42,602 nucleotides of DNA from positions 19,402 to 62,003 of the forward strand of contig CAZPWC010000003.1 in assembly GCA_964590155.1 (NCBI GenBank), written 5' to 3'. Position 1 is the first letter of the stretch. The number at the start of each line of letters is the position of its first letter. The notes under the pieces were generated by a model, which was not told where the DNA came from, ran no database searches, and worked only from the letters and a program-made list of their open reading frames with translations. This DNA comes from an uncultured archaeon (GTDB lineage Archaea > Iainarchaeota > Iainarchaeia > Iainarchaeales > JAAZKV01). Both the position numbers and the translations under genes were made by a program. Of this stretch, positions 1-8,450 are shown one piece after another.

Positions 1-668
1 TCTTTTGCTTTTTCTTCTGTTTCGGTTGTTTGCTCATCAAGTTCTTTTTTCACTCTTTTTAATTCTTTAATAACTTTTTCAGCATCAATTTTGTCTGGAA
101 AAACAACGTCAGGGTGTATTATTCTCAATCTTATTCCAATTGCTCCTGCTTTAGGGTACGCCGCAACTTTTGCAAAGTCAACCAGTTTTGCTTGGTCTCC
201 TAATTTTTTCATATATCCAAAAGCAATTCTTTGTTTTCTTTTTCTTCCACCTTTTCCTGATAATTTTCCTTTAACAACTAATTCAATTCCTTGAGCGCCA
301 GCATCCATAGCGTCTTTTATCAATCTGTAAGCAACACTTCTCCACGAATTTCCTCTCTCAATCATTGAAGCCATTTTTTTTGCCTGTATCTTTGCATTCA
401 ATCTCTGATCTTTTACTTCTTGTATTTCTATTTGAGGATTTTCTATCTTGTATTTTTGCGCGATTGTTTCTGTTAATTGTTTTATTGTTGAACCGCTTTT
501 TCCAATAGCAAGTCCTGGCTTTGCCACGTACAAAACAATTCTAGTAACTAAAGGCGTTTTTATTACATCAACTTTGTCAAATCCTGCTCTCTCCAGTTTC
601 TTGTTCAAGTAATCTTCCATTTCCATCTTGTTCAAGTTTTTCTGGATAAATGTTCTTTCTATCATCAT
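1..668 (-). CDS. rps3: 30S ribosomal protein uS3 (3' end runs off the window)
   Basis: Not in the ORF track. Hand translation from ATG at 668 (GGTGA SD) gives MMIERTFIQKNL...RIVLYVAKPGLAIGKSGSTIK (KH domain)...GAQGIELVVKGKL...GAIGIRLRI. Follows uL22 as expected. Confidence 0.96.
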   Translation of the reverse strand, partial: MMIERTFIQKNLNKMEMEDYLNKKLERAGFDKVDVIKTPLVTRIVLYVAKPGLAIGKSGSTIKQLTETIAQKYKIENPQIEIQEVKDQRLNAKIQAKKMASMIERGNSWRSVAYRLIKDAMDAGAQGIELVVKGKLSGKGGRKRKQRIAFGYMKKLGDQAKLVDFAKVAAYPKAGAIGIRLRIIHPDVVFPDKIDAEKVIKELKRVKKELDEQTTETEEKAK

Positions 669-691
669 TTCACCTTTGTTTTAAATATTAA

Positions 692-1162
692 TTACTTTTG
701 TTCTCCAACAATAACTTCTATGTGTGTTGCGTTTCGTCTTCTTGCTTTTCCTGCTATTTTTCCTTTTGATTGATGGCTGTAACGACTTATCCCCATCGAA
801 GCAAAAGCGTTGAGTATAATTAATTTTTCTGAATCCAAACCTTTAAAGTCAGCATTGTTTTTTGCCAAATTCAATAAATCAACAAATGCTCTGCAAGTCA
901 TTTCAGGATATCTTCCTGCTTTTTGTCCGTTCATAGCATTTCCTTTTCTATGCGCAACTTTTTTGTTGTATCTCATCAAAGGTAAATAATCTTCGTGTGC
1001 TTCAATTCTTTTAAGCCAAGCAATTATTTTGTTTACTGGCTTTGTCTTTATTTGATTGCATATTTCGGTTGAATATTTTAGTGATACCGGGCAATTAGTT
1101 ATCAAAGCTTTAGCGGTCTTGCTTTGCTTTCCAACTTCCGCCTGATATTCCTTTTTACCCAT
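692..1162 (-). CDS. rpl22: 50S ribosomal protein uL22
   Basis: SLKYSTEICNQIK, KVAHRKG, GRYP, NNADFKGLD and THIEVIV motifs; lies between uS19 and uS3. Confidence 0.96.
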   Translation of the reverse strand: MGKKEYQAEVGKQSKTAKALITNCPVSLKYSTEICNQIKTKPVNKIIAWLKRIEAHEDYLPLMRYNKKVAHRKGNAMNGQKAGRYPEMTCRAFVDLLNLAKNNADFKGLDSEKLIILNAFASMGISRYSHQSKGKIAGKARRRNATHIEVIVGEQK

Positions 1163-1210
1163 AAAATCAACCTTTCAATCATTATTGTTTTGTATTTCAA
1201 CTTGCTTTAT

Positions 1211-1615
1211 TTATCCTCTCGCCGTAACTGCAGAAGAGCTCTTTGTTGCTCCAATTCCTGCCTTTCCGTGCTGTAATTTCTTTCTTGTTAAAGCAAATTC
1301 TCCTAAATAATGACCTAACATTTTTTCTGTAATATCGATTGTTTCAAAACTATTTCCTCGGTGTATAGCGATTTTTGCGCTAACCATTGCTGGGATAATT
1401 ACTATATCTCTACTGTGAGTTCTAATTGGTTTTGCTTTTGGATTCTTTTTTGCGTTCTCTACTTTTTTTAAGAATCTTTTATCAATTCCTTTAAGCAAAG
1501 ATCTTCTTGGTCTTGATTTGCATAATTTAGCAAATTCTTCTATACTCATGTTTTGTAATTCTTCAAGAGGTTTTCCTCTGAAGTTAAATTTCTTTGCTGT
1601 GTGTTCCATAATCAT
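1211..1615 (-). CDS. rps19: 30S ribosomal protein uS19
   Basis: FRGKPLEEL, RTHSRDIVIIP, MLGHYLGEFALTRK, HGKAGIGAT. Start moved to the ATG at 1615 (or 1609) after the GGTGAG SD. Confidence 0.96.
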   Translation of the reverse strand: MIMEHTAKKFNFRGKPLEELQNMSIEEFAKLCKSRPRRSLLKGIDKRFLKKVENAKKNPKAKPIRTHSRDIVIIPAMVSAKIAIHRGNSFETIDITEKMLGHYLGEFALTRKKLQHGKAGIGATKSSSAVTARG

Positions 1616-1658
1616 CTCACCAAATAAAAACAAAAGCCAGCGTCACTGGCTCTAAATT

Positions 1659-2366
1659 TTAACCTTTCTTTATCCTTCCCGTTCTTCTAGATGCAATAGC
1701 ACCAACTTTTCTTCCTGGAGGAGCATTTCTTGAAGTACTCTTTGATTTTCCTGGGTGATGTGATGCTCCACCGAATGGGTGGTCAGTAGCATTCATTTTT
1801 ACCCCTCTAACTCTTGGATACATTTTTCTCTTTGATTTCATTAAGAAAAACATGTTTCCTGCTTTAACCATTGGCTTGTCGCCTCTTCCGCCGCAAGAAA
1901 CATTTCCGATAGTTGCTCTAACTGCTAAAGGAAGGGTAATCATTTTTCCTGAAGGCATTTTTATTGTTGCCCCTTTACTGTCTTTTGCCATAAGCAAAGC
2001 ATAACTTCCGGGCGATTTTATAAAAGAACCGCCATCTCCTAAATGTCTTTCAATATTAAATATTGGGCATCCTTCTGGCAGATCAGCCAAACTAGCTATA
2101 TTGCCAACAACAATTGATGCTCCCTCTCCTTGTTGTATCTTTTGTCCTAAATATAGTCCTTCAGCGGAAACAATATATTCTTTCTTTCCGTCATTAAAAG
2201 TAACTTCAGCCATTATAGTTCCTCTTCCGTTTTCTTTTATTAAGTCAGTTATTTCTCCGTTAGACAGTTGAGGTCCTGGCAAGTAAAGTGAATTTATTCC
2301 AAGGTGCTTTGCTTTAAATGTATGAGAGCCTTTTCCTCTCCTCTGTGAAATAAGTCGCTTTCCCAT
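1659..2366 (-). CDS. rpl2: 50S ribosomal protein uL2
   Basis: MGKRLISQRRGKG start; YPRVRGVKMNATDHPFGG; APPGRKVG. Confidence 0.98.
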   Translation of the reverse strand: MGKRLISQRRGKGSHTFKAKHLGINSLYLPGPQLSNGEITDLIKENGRGTIMAEVTFNDGKKEYIVSAEGLYLGQKIQQGEGASIVVGNIASLADLPEGCPIFNIERHLGDGGSFIKSPGSYALLMAKDSKGATIKMPSGKMITLPLAVRATIGNVSCGGRGDKPMVKAGNMFFLMKSKRKMYPRVRGVKMNATDHPFGGASHHPGKSKSTSRNAPPGRKVGAIASRRTGRIKKG

Positions 2367-2428
2367 TTTTCTTCACCAATAAAAATTATTACTCCAATAC
2401 TTTCTCCATTAACTCTTCATTTTCTCAA

Positions 2429-2830
2429 TTACAATACCTTTAACTTAGTTGCAAGATCCTGTGCCTTGAATTCTTTCTTCAGTTTAATTATTGCTTTCTT
2501 TCTTCCTTTCATATCTCTTACTATGTTTACTTTTTCTACTTTTACTCCATAAGCTGCTTCAATACCTTTCTTTACTAATTTTTTGTTTGCATTTTCTGCA
2601 ACAATAAAAGTAATTTTGTTTTCTGATTCAATCATATTAACTGATTTTTCAGTAACTAACGGGTGTAATAATAATTCTAAATCAGCAAGAGTAACATTTG
2701 TTTTTACTTCTTTTACTTGCTTTTCCTTTTTTTCTTTCTTTTCAGCTTTTGCTGGTATTTCCTCGATCTTTTCTTTGGACTTTTCCTCAGCTTTTTGCTG
2801 AATCTTATCCGTTTTATTTAATTTTACCAT
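2429..2830 (-). CDS. rpl23: 50S ribosomal protein uL23 with Lys/Glu-rich N-terminal extension
   Basis: PLVTEKS...ENKITFIV...YGVKVEKVN...KKAIIKL core; operon position. Confidence 0.95.
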   Translation of the reverse strand: MVKLNKTDKIQQKAEEKSKEKIEEIPAKAEKKEKKEKQVKEVKTNVTLADLELLLHPLVTEKSVNMIESENKITFIVAENANKKLVKKGIEAAYGVKVEKVNIVRDMKGRKKAIIKLKKEFKAQDLATKLKVL

Positions 2831-2849
2831 AAAAATCCCTTATTTTCAA

Positions 2850-3764
2850 TTAATTCTTTTCCTCTTTTTTTGCAGGAACCTTTTTTGCTTTAACTACTTT
2901 TTTTCCTTTCTTTACTTGTTCCTTTTTAGTTTCAACTATAACTTTTTGTGTTTGTGTCTTATTGTCTTTTCCCAATTCTTCAATTGCGCTTTTTGTCCAA
3001 ACAACTAATCTTCCCGCTTCTGCCCCTGGAGCAACTAAATCAACATTTAATGATTGTACTGTTACAGCATCAACACCAGGTAAATTTCTCACAGCTTTTA
3101 AAACAGGAGAATTTTTTCCTGTAACAACTAAAACACTTTTCTTTTCTTTTTTTCCTCTTCCTCTTGCTTTTCCTTTTCCAGCTCTCTTTCTAACTTTTCC
3201 TTTTGCGCTTTGGATGTCTTTTCCTGCACCTATTTTTCCAAAAATATCAAGCGCTTCTTTTGTTTTCTTAACACTCTCAAAAGCATCATCAACAATTATT
3301 GGCAGTTCTTTTTCTACAATAAATCTTTTTTCAACAAGTTCTTTAATTATAGTAGCAGCAATTGCGCTCTTCAAAGCTAATTTCTTTTCTTTTTTGTTTA
3401 TTTCTTCTCTATAAATTTCCCATGATTTTAATGAGTGCCCTGCTCTTCCGCCCGGTGCTTGTGGAACGGCAGCAACTCTTCCATATAACAATCCTCTTCT
3501 GTTTTTCATTCTAGGCAATCTTGCATTTTCAGTATTAATTATTCTGTGAATTGTTGGAACTCCTCTATATCCTCTATAAACAGCTGTGTTCTTTTTTCCA
3601 GCTCTCTGATCAGTTCCTTTTGGCTGTTTCATTGCTGTTTGAATAGCTTGCGCTGCTCTTTTTATTAAAACAGGTTTGTATTCTGTTTCAAAAACAGCAG
3701 GCAGTTCAACGTGTCCTTTTACTGCGCCATCCAATCCTAAAACATTTGCTTTCATAAAAACCAC
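2850..3764 (-). CDS. rpl4: 50S ribosomal protein uL4 with Lys-rich C-terminal tail
   Basis: LPAVF, INKKEKKLALKSAIAAT, RAGKGKARGR, RNLPGVD, APGAEAGRLVVWT. True start may be the ATG at 3755. Confidence 0.96.
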   Translation of the reverse strand: MVFMKANVLGLDGAVKGHVELPAVFETEYKPVLIKRAAQAIQTAMKQPKGTDQRAGKKNTAVYRGYRGVPTIHRIINTENARLPRMKNRRGLLYGRVAAVPQAPGGRAGHSLKSWEIYREEINKKEKKLALKSAIAATIIKELVEKRFIVEKELPIIVDDAFESVKKTKEALDIFGKIGAGKDIQSAKGKVRKRAGKGKARGRGKKEKKSVLVVTGKNSPVLKAVRNLPGVDAVTVQSLNVDLVAPGAEAGRLVVWTKSAIEELGKDNKTQTQKVIVETKKEQVKKGKKVVKAKKVPAKKEEKN

Positions 3765-3772
3765 AATTTTTT

Positions 3773-4783
3773 TTATTTCCTAACAATACTTGTAACACTA
3801 TCAATATGAAGTCCGCTTTTTAGTTCAGGTCTTGTTCCTTTTCTTAAAGCAACACATCTTTTTGCCGGGCCTGGTAAAGAACCGTAAATTAAAGCAAATT
3901 TTCCTTTAACATTTCCATATCCACAAAAACCGTTTGAGGGATTTACCTCTTCAACTTTTTCAGAAATTAGTATTACTTTTTTGTTTGTCTCAGTTCTGCA
4001 CTGATAACCCATTTGTCCAGGTCTTGCAACACTAAACATTACTGTGTGAGGGTGCCATGGTCCAATAGACCCAACAACTCTTACTCTTTTATTTTTTGGT
4101 CTCAAACTTCTAACATTAAATCTTTTTATTACTCCTTGGAATCCTTTTCCTGAAGTAACTGCTTTTACATCCAAGAATTCTTTTTCTTTAAAAATCTCGT
4201 CAAAAGCCACTTCTTTTCCTAATTTTTCTTTACCATAAGCTAATTGTTCTTCTTTTGTTCCGCCAATATTTATTTCACTAACATCTGGTGTTTTTTTCAA
4301 GTCAATATTTTTTGGCTGGGTGTGAACAAGTAAAGTAAAATATTCAATATCGGCCAATTCTTTTTCAAAATCTTCTAAAGTGTAATAATCTTCAGCTTTT
4401 TTTGTTTCTCTTCTTTCGCTCTTTTTTTGTGAAGGTTTCTTAAAATTATTAATTTTTCTTAATAGTTCTTTGTCAACATTTTCTGCCAAAACATCGCTCA
4501 ATACTTGAACTCCGATTTCGCCTTTAGTGTAAGCTCTTAACCCGAAAACTTTTAGTGGAGGGCAAGCTAAAACAGTTGCCGGTACAACAACTTCTTGTCC
4601 AAAAGAAGGACTTGCTTTATGAGTGTTTTTTCCGACAGCTTGAACCATTCCAACTTTGTAAGCTAAAAAAGATAACGCTTTTTTTTCTGTTCCTTCTGCG
4701 CGCATACTTGGAGTTTCTTTTTTTGCCCTAACGCGAGGATAATAAGCCATTGATCCTCTTCTTGGAGCATTATATTGTGACAT
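3773..4783 (-). CDS. rpl3: 50S ribosomal protein uL3
   Basis: PRRGSMAYYPRVRA, YKVGM, GKGFQGVIKRF, GSIGPWHP, GQMGY, GSLPGPAKR. Confidence 0.98.
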   Translation of the reverse strand: MSQYNAPRRGSMAYYPRVRAKKETPSMRAEGTEKKALSFLAYKVGMVQAVGKNTHKASPSFGQEVVVPATVLACPPLKVFGLRAYTKGEIGVQVLSDVLAENVDKELLRKINNFKKPSQKKSERRETKKAEDYYTLEDFEKELADIEYFTLLVHTQPKNIDLKKTPDVSEINIGGTKEEQLAYGKEKLGKEVAFDEIFKEKEFLDVKAVTSGKGFQGVIKRFNVRSLRPKNKRVRVVGSIGPWHPHTVMFSVARPGQMGYQCRTETNKKVILISEKVEEVNPSNGFCGYGNVKGKFALIYGSLPGPAKRCVALRKGTRPELKSGLHIDSVTSIVRK

Positions 4784-4812
4784 TCTTTTTCAACTCTTTT
4801 GTTTTTTTAGAA

Positions 4813-4911
4813 TGAGCACTGATACTACACACAAAACTTGTGCGACCAAACAGAAATTGCTTGGTATTTGCCAATCAAAAACTCACCAAACTTTGATTGG
4901 TAGTGTACTCA
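4813..4911 (-). promoter_or_regulatory. Candidate structured 5' leader of the uL3 operon (multibranch RNA)
   Basis: A closing stem and three internal hairpins; G-U pairs form only on the transcribed strand. Lies between the TATA box and the uL3 start. Confidence 0.6.
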
Positions 4912-4932
4912 AACTACGTTAACATAATTTTT

Positions 4933-4952
4933 CAAAGAAACATTTAAAAAGG
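4933..4952 (-). promoter_or_regulatory. TATA-box promoter of the uL3 operon
   Basis: Minus strand reads CCTTTTTAAATGTTTCTTTG, just upstream of the leader structure. Confidence 0.6.
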
Positions 4953-5062
4953 TGCTTCTGCCCATCCCGCTTGGTGTATGGGAACGCATTGCTACGCAAT
5001 GCATTTGCCTTTGGGCTATTTGCCCTGTGTTTCCTTTTTTTTGTTTTTTTATTTTTGGATGA

Positions 5063-6973
5063 TTAATTTTCTTCCATCCAAACTTCTTTCTTTTCAGGTG
5101 CTCCGGCAGAAATTAACCCGACAATTAATAGCACCACTATTACTATCAATAACAATGCTAAAAAGCTTCCTGCAAGTCCGCCCCATGCGAATAATCCTGC
5201 AAATACTGCTCCGCCCAGAGAAACTTGCTGTGTTATTTGTTCTCCGTTAGCTTTGAAAGCAACTGTTACTGTTCCTGAAACAGCGTTGGTTGTTTTGTTT
5301 AAGAATATCTCGAAATTATTTCTTCCCGGGGTGATAGTTACTTCTTTGTCATTAGAGTACCATCCTTGCGGGGTGCTAACTGACAATACTCCTGAGAAAA
5401 TCTTTGTTGTAGGATTATCTATTCCAATTAAGATTTTTGCCGAGTTTGTATCCTCTTCAACACTCGCGGTCATTGTTAATGCTGATAAAGTTCCTTTTGC
5501 AGTGTTTGACACGCTTATTCTTTTAGTTGCATAATAGCATCCCTCAACGCTTGGTCTTAATGTAATTGTTCCGTTAGTTCCTCTTAATGAAACACTTAGC
5601 TCTCTGCTAATTGAGCTATTTGCAGGCAAAGAAATTTGTGTCGGACTTGCTTCAATGTCCCCTTCAATATAAATGTCCGCTCTTTGGTTAGTTCCATTAA
5701 CTATAGTTATTGGGATGTTTCCAAAGTTCTCAAAAGAAACCGCTTCTGGAGCGTTTATAGAAAAATTATTACAGCTCGCAAAAGAAGCTTTTTGTGAATC
5801 AAGCACAGTAGTGCTAAAAGTTCTTTTTTGGATATTATCAAAAGAGCAACTTCTTCCGTCGCTAAATTGTCCCTTTACTTTAATTGTGTTTTCATATGTT
5901 TGGTTAGAGAATACATTTGCTGAAGTCGCTTTCATTATAATGTCAGCTACTTCGCCAGGGAAGGCGTATTGTTCGTTATAATATGCTCTCAAATCAATTC
6001 CGTTACTTGTGGTTTGTACATCAAGTACTTCGAATCTTTTTGTCGAGTTATTTTCTAAGTAAAATATTTGTGTACTTTCTGAACCTTCATTCATTTCAAA
6101 GTTTTTTGTTACTAGTCTTAAATCTTCACAATCGGGGGTAGAAGTATAACTTCCTGAATTACTTCCGCTTGAACCTGTGTCAAGTACTGTTACTGTGAAT
6201 GATTTTCTTCCTATTGCTGTTTCACTGCAGAAAGTTCCATCTATATATCCAGAAACAGCAAATGTTGCTGTGGTGCTAGAATCGCTTGAAACATACCCTG
6301 CGTTTATTGTAACATCAACTACTTCTTGAGAGTAGCGAGAAACAGTAGAATCATAATTAACGCTTCCTGATCTTATCAAAGCATTTGTTGACAAAACGCT
6401 TACGTTATTTATTTCAAAGGTCTTGTTGGTGTTGTTCTCTACTCTAAATGTTCTTGTTGCATCATTTCCTTCATCAATAGTCATGTCGCTTGTAACTAAT
6501 TTTATTCCTGAACAAGAGTTATTTACCATGTCGATATATGAGGAGCTCATTTCCTCTAAGTTTCCATTATTACTATCAAAAATATTTGTGTCAACCCTGT
6601 ATCTTTCATAATAATCATCAACAGTGAAGTCATCTGTCCAAGTAAAAGAAAATTCGTCTTCTTGTAATTCTTGTGTTTTTATTGTTGTTGTTCTGTAAAG
6701 TGTCCAGTCTCCTGAACTTGTTTTTCTATAAATCTTTGAATTAACTTTAACATTTGCTGCACAGTCGCTTCCTGAAACATCATTTATGGTAAAAGTAACT
6801 CTAATGTCTATTGGGGAATTGTCTTCAGCAGAAATGCTTGTTGCATAACCATCAGTATTGCTTCTTAGTTCTACTTTTTCATTAGTTAAATTAACAGAGC
6901 AAGCACTTGCTCCTGCTACTAAAAATACAAAAACTAGAACTACAGCTAAGCTTCTCAAAAAACCCAAACCCAT
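5063..6973 (-). CDS. Secreted, C-terminally membrane-anchored surface protein with repeated Ig-like beta modules
   Basis: Signal peptide (..VAGASA), S/T/N-rich beta-strand body, internal repeat CSGIKLVT..ENNTNKTFEI / CEDLRLVT..ENNSTKRFEV, C-terminal TM helix and charged tail. Confidence 0.75.
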   Translation of the reverse strand: MGLGFLRSLAVVLVFVFLVAGASACSVNLTNEKVELRSNTDGYATSISAEDNSPIDIRVTFTINDVSGSDCAANVKVNSKIYRKTSSGDWTLYRTTTIKTQELQEDEFSFTWTDDFTVDDYYERYRVDTNIFDSNNGNLEEMSSSYIDMVNNSCSGIKLVTSDMTIDEGNDATRTFRVENNTNKTFEINNVSVLSTNALIRSGSVNYDSTVSRYSQEVVDVTINAGYVSSDSSTTATFAVSGYIDGTFCSETAIGRKSFTVTVLDTGSSGSNSGSYTSTPDCEDLRLVTKNFEMNEGSESTQIFYLENNSTKRFEVLDVQTTSNGIDLRAYYNEQYAFPGEVADIIMKATSANVFSNQTYENTIKVKGQFSDGRSCSFDNIQKRTFSTTVLDSQKASFASCNNFSINAPEAVSFENFGNIPITIVNGTNQRADIYIEGDIEASPTQISLPANSSISRELSVSLRGTNGTITLRPSVEGCYYATKRISVSNTAKGTLSALTMTASVEEDTNSAKILIGIDNPTTKIFSGVLSVSTPQGWYSNDKEVTITPGRNNFEIFLNKTTNAVSGTVTVAFKANGEQITQQVSLGGAVFAGLFAWGGLAGSFLALLLIVIVVLLIVGLISAGAPEKKEVWMEEN

Positions 6974-7092
6974 GAACTCACCTTATGTATTTGCCTCACC
7001 CAGACTATAAAAACCTTTCGCTTTGTCACTGGAAGAAGTTACTTTTGTTTTGGGGTTTTACACCTTTTATTTACGTTGCTTGGGTGCTTTTT

Positions 7093-7129
7093 AAAAAAAG
7101 AAAATGATTGGGTTTTTCTAACCCAATCA
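7093..7129 (-). terminator. Hairpin plus U-tract terminator
   Basis: 10-bp stem TGATTGGGTT/AACCCAATCA (7105-7114/7120-7129) followed on the minus strand by TTTTCTTTTTTT. Confidence 0.7.
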
Positions 7130-7153
7130 AATAATGAAATTTGTTAGTTAAAT

Positions 7154-7849
7154 TTACTTTGCATTGTATACTTGTGCCATTAGGTCATATCCGGTTACGC
7201 TTAATGCGAACCCTACAAGACCCATTATTAGCAATCCTAATACCCATCCAATTACTGGAACTAATACAAGTATTCCTGCAATTATTGATGCGATTATTGC
7301 TAATACTATAGCGTAAACAAAGTACACTATTACAGTTACCCAATAATTAACTGTAAGAACTTTTTTCAAAACAGTTAACACATTGAATGCTGCTCCAATA
7401 CTTCCTTCCTTTAGCCATCTCATTATAGCCATTGGCAAAAGAATGCAAGCTATAAGTAATAGCAAGAATCCTACAATCAATATTGGTGCTCCAACTAAAG
7501 CACTTGATGCTAAGTTAGAAAGGGCATCTGCTACATTGGTTGGATCTGTTAGTGCGGGCAATAGGGTAGCAAGAGCTGCTCCTATTCCAACTGCTACTAT
7601 AACTAAACCAGGGATCATATAAATTACTGAGATAACCCACATAATTACTAATTTTACGATATATTCTACAATATCGTTCAATGCGAATCCTCTTAATTTA
7701 TTTTTTCCCTTAACAGCATCTTCACCTGTTTTAACTACAAAACCAGTAACCAACAAGCTAACTATTGGAATAACGTTCAAGATAGTCCCTATTCCTAAAG
7801 TTTTCATGTCAGAAAATGGCTTCTTGATTGAACTTGCGTAGTCAACCAT
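7154..7849 (-). CDS. DUF4013-like integral membrane protein
   Basis: MVDYASSIKKPFSD start after GGAGG SD; IPIV..GF and EGSIGAAF motifs; several TM helices. The ORF-track extension to 8035 crosses a terminator and is judged spurious. Confidence 0.75.
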   Translation of the reverse strand: MVDYASSIKKPFSDMKTLGIGTILNVIPIVSLLVTGFVVKTGEDAVKGKNKLRGFALNDIVEYIVKLVIMWVISVIYMIPGLVIVAVGIGAALATLLPALTDPTNVADALSNLASSALVGAPILIVGFLLLLIACILLPMAIMRWLKEGSIGAAFNVLTVLKKVLTVNYWVTVIVYFVYAIVLAIIASIIAGILVLVPVIGWVLGLLIMGLVGFALSVTGYDLMAQVYNAK

Positions 7850-7980
7850 ATCATATTCCTCCTTTATTTTGCGGGCGAACCCGAAAATATTGATAGAACA
7901 AGGATAAAACTTATATTTAATGCTAATTAGTGGGTTTTTTGCAGTGTAATAAGGGCAAGCCTTTTGGTTTGAACTAAAAT

Positions 7981-8014
7981 AAAAAAAGATTGTTGGCCTT
8001 TTTTTAGCCAACAA
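7981..8014 (-). terminator. Hairpin plus U-tract terminator
   Basis: TTGTTGGC/GCCAACAA stem, then T7 on the minus strand, directly after the 8026..8349 gene. Confidence 0.65.
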
Positions 8015-8025
8015 AAAAAATTGAT

Positions 8026-8349
8026 TTATTTCCACAAGTTGCCTATAATTGGCAATGGTTTCTTTTCTCCTCTTATTATATTTATTATTAATAAAATGTA
8101 CAATACAAGAGAAGCTAATAATACAAGCGGTAATAGTATAAGTCCAATCAGCACTATCGTTAAAATTGCTGAAATGATTACTGCAATAAAAGCTGCTATC
8201 TCAAGAACAATTACTTGTTTTGAGTAATAAACTGCATAAGCATCATCCTTTTTTGCAAGTACTATTACTAAAGGGACTATTAACGGGATTAGTAGGGTTG
8301 ACAAAACCGATACCAACGCTAATATATTTACGTCTTTAGCCATATTCAA
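8026..8349 (-). CDS. DUF4870-like small membrane protein
   Basis: Three TM segments, KKDDAYAVYYSKQ, C-terminal GEKKPLPIIG; GGAGG SD. Confidence 0.75.
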   Translation of the reverse strand: MNMAKDVNILALVSVLSTLLIPLIVPLVIVLAKKDDAYAVYYSKQVIVLEIAAFIAVIISAILTIVLIGLILLPLVLLASLVLYILLIINIIRGEKKPLPIIGNLWK

Positions 8350-8450
8350 AAAACCTCCTTTTGAGTTTTAGTTAACTTACTAATGAAAACACTTGTATAT
8401 AACCCTAATTGAGAACCTCTTCTGGTAATTTTTGGGGGACTTTGGAAAAT

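Noticed and set aside
7850-8035. ORF-track N-terminal extensions (DUF4013, EF-2, eL30, ZIP, RtcB, B'')
   Set aside because: Downstream starts match family N-termini, and most have SD motifs; the extensions cross promoters, terminators or neighbouring genes.
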